A stretch of DNA of 62,901 nucleotides, counting the filler, from Basidiobolus ranarum (Eukaryota), in NCBI GenBank assembly GCA_040143965.1. It is 9 parts of 9 records of this genome, joined end to end, with 100 filler letters (N's around TTAATTAATTAA, not from the genome) between each part and the next. Parts side by side here need not be neighbours in the genome. Positions count along the whole stretch, not along the records: positions 1 to 6,924 come from JASJQH010008091.1; positions 7,025 to 13,944 come from JASJQH010008092.1; 7 more parts are not named here. One strand, given 5' to 3'. Both the position numbers and the translations under genes were made by a program. Shown here piece by piece: positions 1 to 11,871 of the stretch; the stretch's first letter is position 1; every line of letters begins with the position of its first letter. The notes beneath the pieces are model-generated. The model did no database searches and was not told the origin of the DNA. It saw only the letters and a list, made by a program, of their open reading frames with translations.

Positions 1-95
1 AGAGATGATGCGGAATATGTGTACGATGGGATGTATGGGAATATGGTACAGGATCCTGTGTCGGTAGGAGTGGTATATTATTTGGCGTTAAAGCA

Positions 96-1313
96 TCAGG
101 TCAAGGATAAGCCTCCAGTTAGTACAACATTTTCCCACAAAGTAGCTCTTTTATCTGGCTCGCAACTGAACACTGCAATATGGATCATTTCCGGTAAACT
201 CAATGACTGAACCCCAACTAGACTTGGGTCAAACAGCGGAGCAGCACACTGAAGTCTAGCACTGCCAATCATGAACTATAAAAGTGTCAATTCCCACTTT
301 CGCGGATATATACTCGAAAACCCACTTTACCTTGTTATTTTTGTACTCGATCTCAGCTTTGTCTTTTGCTTCATCATTAGAGTCAGCAATCATCGAGACA
401 ATATCTGATTCTTTAATAAAGCGTGCAAATTCCACCGGCATCTCTTCTCCGTAAGCTGAACAAAGCTCTGAATCTTGTTTTAGTAGCTCAAGTAGATAGC
501 CATCGATATCTCTTCCACCCAGAGGGAAAACTTGTGCGGCATGATATTGTACTGCATTATCAATTATAGGAGTAATCTCTAATATTTACAGAGAAACATT
601 AGTCTTGAATTCCCACAAACACATTAGTACACCATAACTAAATACCTGTATATGTATCTCCGATATCAATCACAATGCCTGATACTATACCACACCCATA
701 GAGTGCCATCAAAGGCTCTTCAGCAAGATATAATCCAGGAACATTCATATTTTCAAAAAATATTTGAGTAATTCGCTCACGATATTCTTTCGGCCAAAAC
801 GTAGGAATCGTCAATAAAACAGGGGAGTCATTCTTTGATCGCTTAATTCTCAATTCTTTTACAAGTATATACCGCCTAAAAATAAACATTACATTAACCT
901 CAGAAGTCGGAAGTTCAGCTATATGCTAATAATTACCATAACTGTTCAAGGGCTTCCCAATCTTGAACCCAACCACGTTCAATAGGATGTACTAAGACAA
1001 GATCGGATAAAGTTGATTCATCCAGTTGTGTGCCACAAACATATTGTTTCACCTTTTTCACGGGTTCTTGTTCCTCAACGTCCATTTCTATGTTCTCATT
1101 CTCTTGCTCATCCAAGCTGCCTCTACCAACAATGGTCGGTATTATCTTGATAAATGAAATGGATCAAAAATCTTTAGTAAAAGTTGTGAGCTTCGAGGAG
1201 ATTGTCTAGAGTCTTCTAACCAGTTGTGGTGTTTTATTGGTATCATGTACACCTTTGACTACTTTGATGACACTTGAACCAGTGTTTATCACTACGAAAT
1301 GGTCTTCTTTCAT
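96..1313 (-). CDS. Actin-related protein (Arp9-like, SWI/SNF-RSC type); 5 exons, C-terminus apparently truncated
   Basis: Manual splice model: exons 1313-1221, 1145-937, 875-646, 578-331, 275-96, all GT-AG. Reads MKEDHFVVINTGSSVIK...HPIERGWVQDWEALEQLW...PVLLTIP...FFENMNVPGLYLAEEPLMALYGCG..SGIVIDIG...LGGRDID...IGSARLQCAAPLFDPS...LWENVVLTGGLSLT*. These are actin-fold motifs; the Arp9 subfamily is inference. Confidence 0.85.
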
Positions 1314-1745
1314 TTTGGATATATTCTGAATAACGAACAAAATATTGTTACTATGCTTCGTGATTAAACTATTGTTTTCGCGAATTTCAGCAATCGAAAT
1401 TTAGCAGGGGCTAGGGTTATTTTTGGTTTTTATCATGCTCAATCACAATTACAAATTTTGATAACTAATGATCACTTTGCTTTTCCACTGGTACAACCAA
1501 CAATTCTATCATTAATTCTCCCTAGCAAGTAACATTACTTTATACTAGTTTCATGCATACACTAATTCAATATTTCAGTATTAAGTTTATGTGTATGTGC
1601 ATACATTCTGAAATAATAAAACAATCTTCAAAACAAAATTGTAGGATGAACCGGTGAGACAAAATATTTATTGTCACTGTAAACATTCGCATGAAGATGA
1701 TAAACTCTGCAAGAATACAGGAAAATAGTGTTAAATATGAACAAT

Positions 1746-2480
1746 TTAGTTCTTGTAACCACGGCTGGCACGACGACCTCTGGCACGTTCGAATTTACGT
1801 CCCTTAGAGCGAACATAAGGCTTAGCGTGGCTCTTGGGAACACCAGCGGCACCGAAGTGCTTAACGGCCTCACGAGAGTTCTTAGGACCTCTCAAAAGGA
1901 CGGTGTTAGCACCAGTAGGGGCACGAAGGGCCAATTGGTCAAAGGTAATAACCTCACCACCGGCCTTCAAAACTCTAGCACGAGCAGTCTTGGTAATACG
2001 AAGAGCGCAAACAGTGAGCTTGGGGACTTCCAAAAGACGTTCATCATCAGTAACGGTACCAACAACGACGGCAATCTTTCCTTCCTTACCCTTGACATAA
2101 CGAGTCAAGCGGGAGATGGAGAGAGGAGGTCTGTTGATGCGAGACATAAAGAGACGCTTGAGGATAACTTTGTTGAATTTAGCATCAGTACGACGGGCAA
2201 GGAACCTGTACAACTTCACCAACAATCTAAGGTAGACATCCTGACTGCGGGGTTCGGTTTTGTTACCCTTCTTAACGTGATGTTTCTTGATGTCAATACC
2301 CTACAAGATAACATGTTTGTTAGTAAAGTTCATCAATTATTCGCACATGATTCGATTAGCATCCATCCATCCATCCATCCTTGAATGCTTCACAAGTTGA
2401 GATAGAGTCTTGTGCGATCAGTTGGTAAATTGCTCCTCAACAATACTCTTCGATAGAAATATGCTAAATATACTAACCAT
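1746..2480 (-). CDS. RPL18: 60S ribosomal protein L18 (eL18)
   Basis: ATG exon 2480-2478, intron 2477-2301 (GTTAGT...TACTAAC...TAG), exon 2300-1746. Reads [13 protein letters not shown]...LYRFLARRT...[16 protein letters not shown]. Confidence 0.98.
2361..2380. repeat. (ATCC)5 microsatellite in the RPL18 intron
   Basis: atccatccatccatccatcc seen directly. Confidence 0.85.
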
Positions 2481-2909
2481 GTCAACCGAAACTAATTCCT
2501 ACAAGAAAATGGAGAGAGGAAGACCATACAATACATTCACCAAATCTTTTAATCTCCTGAAAAAATTATTCACTTGCCCCTCACCCGTCGCCCTCTCCCC
2601 TCCCTCTCTCAGGAAAATTAATTATATTGATCGATTTCCAATCAGCTCAATTAATCCATCTGATGATCAATTTTGTTGTGAACATCATTTCGTGAAAAGT
2701 CCCGAGTTAAGCTGAAAATCAACAATCCAAAGTATTCTTGGAATTATCTACAGAAAAGCCAAATCAATGCGACCAATAACCATATGGAATTAACACAGTC
2801 ATATTTGTTTACATGACTTGACGTACCAAAATTTCTATCCTCCTTTATTTTGCTAGTTCCTTTGTTTCTTTTTATTCAAATATCACCGCTTCATTCCATA
2901 TATTTCGAA

Positions 2910-4245
2910 ATGAGCTCAAATCAATTAGAGAAGGAAACTTCGGAAAATGTATCACTCACCACTGAGACTGTAGTTGAATCCACATCACTTGATCCCACTC
3001 AAGTAGCAGAAAATATCACAAACACAGCTTCCGTTGATCAAGTTGCTGAAGAAAGCAATCCAATCAGTGTATTTGATCAAGAACGTGTGGAAAGATTAAT
3101 TAGTGAAGGAAAGAAAGCACTCGCGCTTTCTCAAAACGAGGAAGCAGTTGAGAAATTGGGAGAGACCTCTGAAATGGTGTATGTATATTTAGTGTTAATA
3201 CTAAAAGATACAATTAACGAGCATAAATTAAATATCCTTTATACTTTCGTCGATTTATTTAGTGGTCAAAAGTATGGACAATTATCCACTGAATATGCTG
3301 ATGTTCTCTCGTTATACGGTCAGGCACTTCTTGGAAATGCTGTTCAACAACATTCTATTCTTGGTAACAAATCTCTTCAAAACGCTTCCGACGAAATGGA
3401 ACCCACTGGTACGCATTTATTTCTTCATTTCTTATGAAAGAATATATTTGTATTAAATTCACTGAACTATATTAGCTCCTGCTGAGTCATCAAAGGGACG
3501 CTTTCACTTTGAGGGAGAACCCGACCTTTCAGAAGAAGAGGAAGAGGAAGCTCCTGAAGCAAATGGTGAAGAAGAACAACCTGACGACTTCCAAACTGCT
3601 TGGGAGGTATTGGATGTCGCACGTGTCATCTATTCCAAAACAGATGGCGATGAAGCCAAGCTTAAATTAGGCGATGTTCTTTTGACGTTGGGCGATGTTT
3701 CAATGGAGTCTGAGAACTTTGAGCAAGCATCAGCTGATTATACGGAGGCACTTACTATTAAAAAAACAGTTCTCGAATCAAACGATAGAAGGTTAGCTGA
3801 GGCACATTACAAGATTGCCATCTCTCATGAATACAACAGTCAATATGACCCAGCTCTGGAGCACCTAGCTGAAGTGAAAAAGATCTTAAGTGAGCGTATC
3901 AAGTCCTTGGAGATGGGAGAACTTAACGAGAGTAGTAAAACCGAGATTCAAGATATGCAAGACTTGATTCAAGACATTCAAGGAAAAGTTGAAGATATTC
4001 AGAATGCTAAACAAACGAGTGATGCCAAACCAGAGGATGTGTGGAAAGAAGCAATGACAGGAAGTTCTGCACTTCCTACTAACGTTATCAACGATTTGAC
4101 TAATTTAATTAGATCGAAGAAGGTACAAAATACTGAAGAACAGTCAGAGTCAGTCCAAGCATCTGCTAGTGAAGGATCAGATCTCCAGAAACGACCTTTG
4201 GAGGAGTCCACTACAGAGCAGTCGGATAAAAAAGTGAAATTCTGA
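2910..4245 (+). CDS. NASP: NASP/Sim3/Hif1-family histone chaperone (SHNi-TPR)
   Basis: Exons 2910-3178, 3263-3408, 3476-4245. An acidic insertion (EEEEEE) interrupts a TPR, followed by DDFQTAWEVLDVARVIY, LGDVSMESENFEQA and RRLAEAHYKIA. A basic NLS-like C-terminus (KRP...KKVKF). Confidence 0.92.
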
Positions 4246-4605
4246 TTTTGATGTATGTTATCTTTATTTTCTCAGTTTTTAGAATTTCGGTGTCCTATTA
4301 TACTTTTGATATAGTAATAAACGGCTAAATACCTGCTTAGCGCTAACAATATAGCCACTTCGGTTCATTGTAACGTGGGATTTATTTAGAAAGCTAATTC
4401 TCATAAGTTGATTCCAATTTTGTGCATTAATAATGAAAAGTTTGAATGACGTATTTGATCTACAATAAGTCATTATCACGTTGTAAGCGATTTATATGAC
4501 GCATTGGTGGAAACCCCGAAATTTTTTTGCAGCCCCACGATTGACACTAAGATATATATATACATATGATCTGTTCGGAGCCGACATAACCTTTCATTTG
4601 CATCT

Positions 4606-5277
4606 ATGTTGCGCACCATTGTCAAGTCTTCTGTTAGTAAGGTGAACTTTGCCTCACCTGCTGTGGTATGTGTTCGTGCCAAGCACACACTCCCCGACCT
4701 TGGATATGATTATGATGCTTTAGAGCCCGTTATCAATACCGAAATCATGCGCCTTCACCATAGCAAGCATCATCAAACCTATGTCAATAACTTGAACGTT
4801 GCTGAGGAAAAGAACAACGAGGCTGTTGCCAAGAGCGATATTACCGCTCAGATCTCTTTGCAATCAGCTTTGAAGTTCAACGGAGGCGGTCATATCAACC
4901 ACAGCATTTTCTGGACCAATCTTGCTCCTGTCAAGCAAGGTGGTGGTGAGCCTCCTAAGGGTGACTTATCCGACGCTATCACACGCGACTTTGGTTCCCT
5001 AGAGCAATTCAGTAAGCAATTCAATGCCCAAACCGCAGCCGTTCAAGGTTCTGGTTGGGGTTGGTTAGGCTACAACAAGGCCAAACAATCTCTTCAAATT
5101 CAAACCACCCAAAACCAAGACGTTCTTACTGATTTGGTTCCTCTTCTTGGTATTGATGTTTGGGAGCATGCTTATTATCTTCAATACAAAAATGTTCGTC
5201 CTGATTACTTGACTGAGATTTGGAAGGTTGTCAACTGGAAGAATGTTGCCGAGCGTTATGCTAATGCTCGTGCTTAA
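4606..5277 (+). CDS. SOD2: Mitochondrial Mn superoxide dismutase, intronless
   Basis: Presequence ending RA|KHTLPDL, then [29 protein letters not shown] and DVWEHAYY metal-binding motifs. Confidence 0.98.
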   Translation: MLRTIVKSSVSKVNFASPAVVCVRAKHTLPDLGYDYDALEPVINTEIMRLHHSKHHQTYVNNLNVAEEKNNEAVAKSDITAQISLQSALKFNGGGHINHSIFWTNLAPVKQGGGEPPKGDLSDAITRDFGSLEQFSKQFNAQTAAVQGSGWGWLGYNKAKQSLQIQTTQNQDVLTDLVPLLGIDVWEHAYYLQYKNVRPDYLTEIWKVVNWKNVAERYANARA

Positions 5278-5598
5278 ATCTTCCCCACTTTCTCCATGAT
5301 TTTTCCATAAATAAAATTTAGCATCATCAACCACTCACTAAAATAGTAATGATATATTATATATAAATATCACTCGCACTAGGCCTAATCCTAAGAATAC
5401 ACTAAAATAAGGAGAATATGAACTTGTTCATAGTAAATTGGTGAGTCAGACAATGAATGGGGTGTTTACTAATGAGATAGCCTAGGGTTATTCCGCAGTT
5501 GGATGTGATTTGTAACCAAGATTTCATGACTATTAAGATCTGAAGGTTAAAAAGCGCCTCCTTGCACAGTAACATTTGTCAAGTGATACTTTACTAAT

Positions 5599-6772
5599 AT
5601 GAGCTTGAATAGCATTGTAGCACCTTTGAGAAGACTCAATTCAAGAATACTTCTGAGAAATCTCAATAGTCGTGCATTCACCACCGTGTCGCCTACATTC
5701 CATACTCATGAAAAAGATCCTTTACATGAGGGAAACAACCTGTTAAAGGTACCAGCTAGAGGTGTACTCGAGATACATGGCGACGATACTCTTAAATTCT
5801 TACAAGGAATGATAACCAACAATATGTCTCACATTGCTAGCGGTGGGGATGGGTTTTTTACTGCTTTCTTGGCTCCCAATGTAAGTAAATGACTTCTCAA
5901 TATTGACTTTATACTGCTTATGTACTAATCTACTTCCTAACTAGGGTCGTGTCCTCTATGATGCTTTTATATACCCCAAAAATCAGGGACTCGACTTCTC
6001 TTCTCCAAAGTATCTGATCGAGTGTTCTTCGGAAGTTGCCAAGGATTTACTAAAGCATATAAAAAAGTACGTTTTACGATCGAAAGTAAAAATACAAGAC
6101 GTTAGCCAAGAGTACAATGTTTGGAATTTGTGGGGTCCTAAATCAAACGATATACTAACTGGAGGTTCAATCCTCAAGGAAATAGGAGATATACGATGTA
6201 AAGATACAAGATCTCCAGGATTTGGAACCCGTGTACTTTTACCTTCAAATCAAACATTTCCACTGCCTTTAGATTTTAAAGAACTTCCCTCTCGTGAATA
6301 CACCGTCCGCCGAATTCTTCATGGAATACCAGAGGGGCCCGAACTCTTTGTTGGTGCATCTTTGCCACTTGAATCTAACTTCGATTACATGAATGGGATT
6401 GATTTCCGTAAAGGCTGCTATGTAGGCCAAGAATTAACCATTCGTACACACCACACAGGTGTAATTCGTAAGCGCATTCTTCCAGTACAAATTACTCCGG
6501 AAACGGATACATTATCACCACCACCCACACAAATACAAGTCGATCGCAGTGTAGAGTTAGAATTGCCTCAGCCTACTCAAGACGTTGTCGTTGATGGAGC
6601 TAAGAATTCCAGAAACAATGGGAAATTTTGTGGTGGTGTACATAATATTGGATTAGCGCTGGTTCGTCTGGAGACGTTGCAAAAACCAGATATCCGGTTT
6701 TACATGAAGTCAGCCAACGACAAGCTTTTAAATGTTTATCCAACAATTCCAAATTGGTGGCCGAAAGATTAG
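5599..6772 (+). CDS. IBA57: Mitochondrial Fe-S cluster assembly factor IBA57/CAF17 (YgfZ family)
   Basis: Exons 5599-5880 and 5945-6772 (intron GTAAGT...TACTAAT...TAG). Arg-rich presequence, G.D..KFLQGMITN, GRVLYD and the KGCYVGQELT signature. Confidence 0.95.
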
Positions 6773-6843
6773 CGTCCATCTTCATTCACTTTACACCGAA
6801 AGATTTAGGGCTAAGATTAACGTCCATCTTCATTCACTTTACA
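6765..6843 (+). repeat. 31-bp direct repeat overlapping the IBA57 stop codon and 3' UTR
   Basis: aagatta(g/a)cgtccatcttcattcactttaca at 6765-6795 and 6813-6843. Confidence 0.85.
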
Positions 6844-6924
6844 TCGCCAAGTTGTCATTTGCATGTATCTCTGCGGTATCTATCTACAATAAATGCGCGC
6901 TAGTGATATTCTAACACCAATTAA

Positions 6925-7024
6925 NNNNNNNNNNNNNNNNNNNNNNNNNNNNNNNNNNNNNNNNNNNNTTAATTAATTAANNNNNNNNNNNNNNNNNNNN
7001 NNNNNNNNNNNNNNNNNNNNNNNN
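6925..7024. other. Artificial contig spacer N44-TTAATTAATTAA-N44; also at 13945-14044, 20960-21059, 27962-28061, 34955-35054, 41947-42046, 48936-49035, 55921-56020
   Basis: Eight identical 100-nt blocks with a six-frame stop linker. Flanking contig lengths decrease monotonically. Confidence 0.99.
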
Positions 7025-8209
7025 ACGGTATTTTTAGGAAAGCTGCAAGACAGACTTCTTGGTGAGATAGATGGAGATACACAGTATTATTGTTTTAGCC
7101 ATGGGGTAATCTATTCAAGAAATGACACATCTACTTATGGCAGGACATTTGTTGACTGCAAGTTGGGGATATATTAGCTGAATTTTTTAAGGAAATCCCT
7201 AACAAAAATAAAATCAATTTGACCCAGATCAGTTCCACCCTCCAAAAGAGCAAAACTGTCAGAGAACTGTCACAATATTGGTGGCTAGCATTCTGCTGTT
7301 ACAGGCATAGTCTAGTGGAAAATTTAAGTTTCAATATTTTCATCAACTTTACCAAGGCACTGATGAACTCTGTTGCTCATAATATTTCTTGACATGATTG
7401 GTGCTGGTAGGTTCTTATTAGCATTAGCAGTACTTTGATGTCACTGGCTCAAAAGCTGCATAAGTTGTGACTGCTTGGTAATGCTCTGTTTGAAGGTGGA
7501 TCTCTATTTGTGTATTTCAAACATTGGAATGACACATCTTCCAGAACAAAAATAAAATCTATTTAGGACTCTCACTACATTGGTGGCTTGTATTCTGCCA
7601 GAGACTTTGATAATGAGATGGTGGCTTTGTAGCAGTATTGGGAGAGTAATCAAACTTTGTGAAAAAATGATCACAATATTTGGTATGCTCACTTGATTTT
7701 GATCAATGATCAGAAAAAACCTATTTGTTAATGGCAAATTGTGGGGTTCACCACAATAGGAATTCAAATCAATATGCATACCTTTACGTAGACATTTTAG
7801 GCTTTATATTCACACCATAATGAGAATCAAAAAGTAAAACGATCTTGTTATGTGTAGTCTCTAAGTATGCACACAGTTGACTAATCAGACATAACTCAAC
7901 ATGATCAATATGCTTTGCCAGCAAACTTAGAGTGCAAAACTTGCTAAACATCTGAAATTTGGAGTAGCACTGATACCTAGCTAATGGCTGACTCTTGTTA
8001 CCATTGACATTGAGAATAAGCTCTTGCATTTTTGCAAACTTCCATAATAAATTAAAATACAATATCCTCTAGTTGTAGTCAACAAATGTCCAGCCACAGG
8101 TAGATGTGTCATTGCTTGAATGGATTACACCATGGCTAAAACAATAATATGGTGTATGTTGATCCTTCTCAACAAGAAGTGAGTTTTGCTGCTTGCCTAG
8201 ATATTCCAT
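7025..8209. repeat. Two diverged ~148-bp homologous segments in inverted orientation within an unclassified CpG-poor repeat relic
   Basis: 7025-7172 (+) aligns with the reverse complement of 8062-8209, e.g. TATTATTGTTTTAGCCATGG and GGACATTTGTTGACT in both. Confidence 0.75.
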
Positions 8210-8692
8210 CAGATTTTCAAACAAACTTCTTAGTCAATATTGGAGATACCAACCCCATGTCCATGGATTGGGTTTTGTTGCAGTTATTGTGCTCAAACAA
8301 TGCAAAAATCCATGAGCACATTGGAAAGAGCCTTTGGTGGAAGGTTAACATACTCTGGAGTCTACTTAACCCTTTGCTTTGAATCCATCACTGATTTTGT
8401 TAATACACTGTTAATCAGATGAGCATATTATGTGCCAGCATAGATTCAGTCCATCTTTGTTACACCTGTAATAACACCACTTATAACCATTTCCAAAGTC
8501 ATGGGCATAGTTGCTTATCCTCCAGAAATCTCCCAATGTGGGTTAACGTTATAAGAATTTATTAATAGTATCCACAAATGACTCCAAGTGTTTCCAATAC
8601 CTATTGGGTAGAAATCTCTTCAACATTCCACAAGACTAAATACAAATCTAATACTCCCATTCTTTGAATTCAAATTCATGCCTAGACAAGTG

Positions 8693-9044
8693 TGATAAAA
8701 GTGTTTTGGGGATTTGGAAGTGCTTTGGACAAGATTTGGATTTGTGAATTAGACACTTAAGTTTTATTGAATTGAATATGTCTTATTTATAGTTTACTCT
8801 GAAATAGGACTGTTGGACATACTTAGATCATACCAAACATGCCTATTAAGCATAGGTGAATATTTGAGGTGATTTGGAGAAGTTTTGAGAAAATAGTGAA
8901 AATTAGTAAAAGTGATCTAATTGATATTTCTATCAATTAGAGCAATAAGCACACATTTTTGAATGACAGAATTGAGTGCTAAATAATCAGAATATAAATA
9001 AGCTAACTACTAAATTTTGAGTTGCTATTTATCTAGTATCAACA
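8693..9044 (-). repeat. Copia LTR family A, 3' LTR of a minus-strand element
   Basis: On the minus strand it starts TGTTGA immediately after a purine tract (GAGTAGGAA) that follows the RNase H end, and ends TTTTATCA. Homologous to 27466-27813, 11872-12020, 49359-49645 and 55737-55920. Confidence 0.85.
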
Positions 9045-11620
9045 TTCCTACTCAACTGTATATTTTGTATTTCTCTTAAACCTGACTTGTTTCTTGAAAA
9101 TTCAAATTGTGCTTTAGCTAAAGGTTTGGTTAAGATATTAGCTATTGTTTCTTCAGTAGAGCAATAGACAAGTTCAATTATATCATTCTCCATTGCTTCT
9201 CTAGTATATCTTGTTTTGTCATCAATAGAGGTCATAAAGTACCTTTTCCCACCCAGTGCAACTTTTTCATGGGCCCACATAGGTCAGAATGAATCAGGGA
9301 AAAATTCTGAGTAGATTTGATCTCTCTAGAGCTTGAAAATGGCTGTCTGTGATCTTTTCCATATATGCAACCTTCACACATATCCAATTTAGTGATATTT
9401 CCAATTTCCAAGCCTGAAACAAGCTGATTTCAGAACATTTGGGTCAGTTTTTGTTCCTTGATATGGCCTAATCTTCTATGTTATGTTTGACAACTTATTT
9501 CACCAGTTTTGGCCAAGTTTGCATGCTCAGAATGCAATTTGTTGGTTTCTAGCTTGTATAGTTTCAAGTTTTGATCCCAGTAGCTAGTTTGGTATTATTC
9601 TGATCTGTGATAGTGCATCCAGCATTGCTGAACATGAAATTCAATCCTTAAGTTGTTGCTGGGTGACTAGGTCAAGTATGGAGTTTCTTAACTTTTTCAG
9701 GCATTTTACCAATTGATTTAAACTTTAATCCTATCATACATGGTTTGTTTATCTACATCTTTTGCTCAAGCATGAAATATAGTGTTCTTTGCTAATGAAA
9801 TACTATTTGAGTATCTTCAAATTCAGTTTGAGCACATTTTGCATATATTGTAAGTCCGTAAAAAGTTTGATTAACCACATGGCTTCTGGTGTAGTAGCTG
9901 AGGCAACCATATACTCTGCCACTGTAGTTGAAAGTGCTACAGTTGGCTGCTTCTAACTATGCCAAGTTATGGCTCCATCACCATGGAGAAAAGTATGGCA
10001 AGTTGTTAATCTTCCAGTGTCAAGATTTCTTCCCCAGTCTGCATCACTGTTACCTTCAAAATCTTGTGCATCAGCAGTGCCAGCATATTCCATAACTAGA
10101 TCTACAGTTACTCTTAAATACCAAAATAATTGATTTACTGCTGTTTTGTACTTGGATCTAGGATTATTGAGATATAGGCTGACAGATTCCTATGGTCACA
10201 GCAGTGTCTGGACATGTTCCAACCATTTTATACACTAAACAACCCACCATGGACCAATGAGAGAGCTCTTGATTGTGATTTCAGTCATTTGGGCCAAATT
10301 AGATCAGTCTATATTACAGCCTTTGTAGCTTACAGACCATATCCTGTTGCTTTGGTTCAACAAATCCAGATGAAATTTGGCTCAATTTCATATTGCAATC
10401 CATTGGTGTTGATACAGTATTGCTATTCCCCATGTTGAAGCAATTTAGGATGTCAAGGATATATCTAAACTGATTCAGCATGCATTTCAGATTGGGCTTA
10501 TCTCTCTTGTTTTGCATTGCAAGGAAATTCACTTGAATCCGTCAGCAGTAGTTGGTTTAATAGGTTGCTTTATGTCAGTGTAATGGGTATCTAACTTGTT
10601 GTACCATTCCCTTGGTGCTTGATTGCTCACATAGTGAATTCTGCATCTTACAGACCATACCAGGATGTTTTGGGTCAACAAATCCTTCTGGATGCTGCAT
10701 ATTGATCTCCTCTTCTAGATTTCCATTCAGAAATTCTATTTTTTCACCAATTTGATGTAAATCAAGGTTCTGAACCACTGAGAGTACCAGTATCAAATCA
10801 ATATAGCTTAACTTTGCTAATGGAGCAAAGATTTCATAAAGATCTACTCCTTGAATTTAGGAATAGCTTGTTGCAACTGATATGTATCTTTCTATGGTTC
10901 TATTCTCATGATTGTGAATTTGTAGACCTATATGTAACCCATTGCCTTTCTCCCTAATGGTAGAGGACTTAAAACCTATGTTTTAGTGTTCTGAAGTGAA
11001 TCAAACTCATCAAATATTGCTTTTCCTATAATTTTGATTTTTGACACTTCAGAACTTGCTATAAAGTGTGTGACTTCTCACAGAATGATGCCTAAGCATA
11101 GACATCATCATTGTAAGTGCACTGCTAGCTCCTGGGCTTATTTCTCCCTCTAGATGATTTTCTGGGTCCTGAATCATTCTTGAATGTAGTAGGGGCTGAA
11201 TTTCCGGTTAAACTTGGCTCAGACAGAGCTGAAATTTGTCAGATACTTCTTTAATAGTGCTGATTGTGTTGTCTTGATCACAAACTGTGATTTGAGAAGA
11301 AAAACATGCTTGTTCATCAAGTATCTCCTCTTTACACATAATTAACTTCTGATTTTGGGTTTCAAGCAGTCTGTAGGCCTTAGAGCCACCATACTAACCA
11401 AGAAATATCCATTTTCTGCTTTTGTGTTCCAATTTGCAGCATCTTTGAGCAGGAACTTGGCACAACCAAAGATCTTGTGATAATCCACACTTGGTCCTGA
11501 TTTGTAAATGGCCTCATATGCATTAGTATTTTGTAGCACTCCTGTGGGGCATTAGCTTTGGTTATAGACTTCAGGGAAGACAGATTCAGTCCTATATTGG
11601 TAGTCTAACTTTTGATGATT
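9045..11620 (-). mobile_element. Degenerate, rearranged Ty1/copia pol relic (RT/RNase H with an intercalated integrase fragment)
   Basis: Fragments include FLNGNLEEEINMQHPEGF, LNQFRYILDIL and YCSTEETIANILTKPL. Integrase GGKRYFMTSIDDKTRYT is fused directly to RNase H. Many stops and frameshifts. Confidence 0.9.
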
Positions 11621-11871
11621 TAAAATGGATCTTGCTATCTCCGCAATGGTCCTATTTCCATGTTTAGCAACTTTCTATTGCTGTGGCCCTTGCCCAAAGG
11701 GGCCTCTCACAAGGCATCCTCCCATGGTGGAAGATATTGGTGGAGAGGGGGGCCATAGGGGGGGGATGGGAGATTATGTTCTGTCATCACTCAGGGGGAG
11801 GGGGAAGAGGGGGAAGCTGAGCATAGGGATGTTACTTGCAAGTAATGCAAATAGCCCTCTCACATTGCTTT

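Noticed and set aside
1728-2384. 218-aa plus-strand ORF
   Set aside because: Antisense shadow of codon-biased RPL18.
2301-2477. Intronic snoRNA in RPL18
   Set aside because: No properly ordered C box...D box pair with a terminal stem, and no H/ACA pattern seen.
4606-6772. SOD2-IBA57 adjacency as a functional oxidative-stress/Fe-S cluster
   Set aside because: Two neighbouring mitochondrial housekeeping genes in a compact region are readily explained by chance. No shared regulation is visible.
6969-6980. Regularly spaced TTAATTAATTAA palindrome about every 7 kb
   Set aside because: Synthetic six-frame stop linker inside N padding, not a biological repeat.
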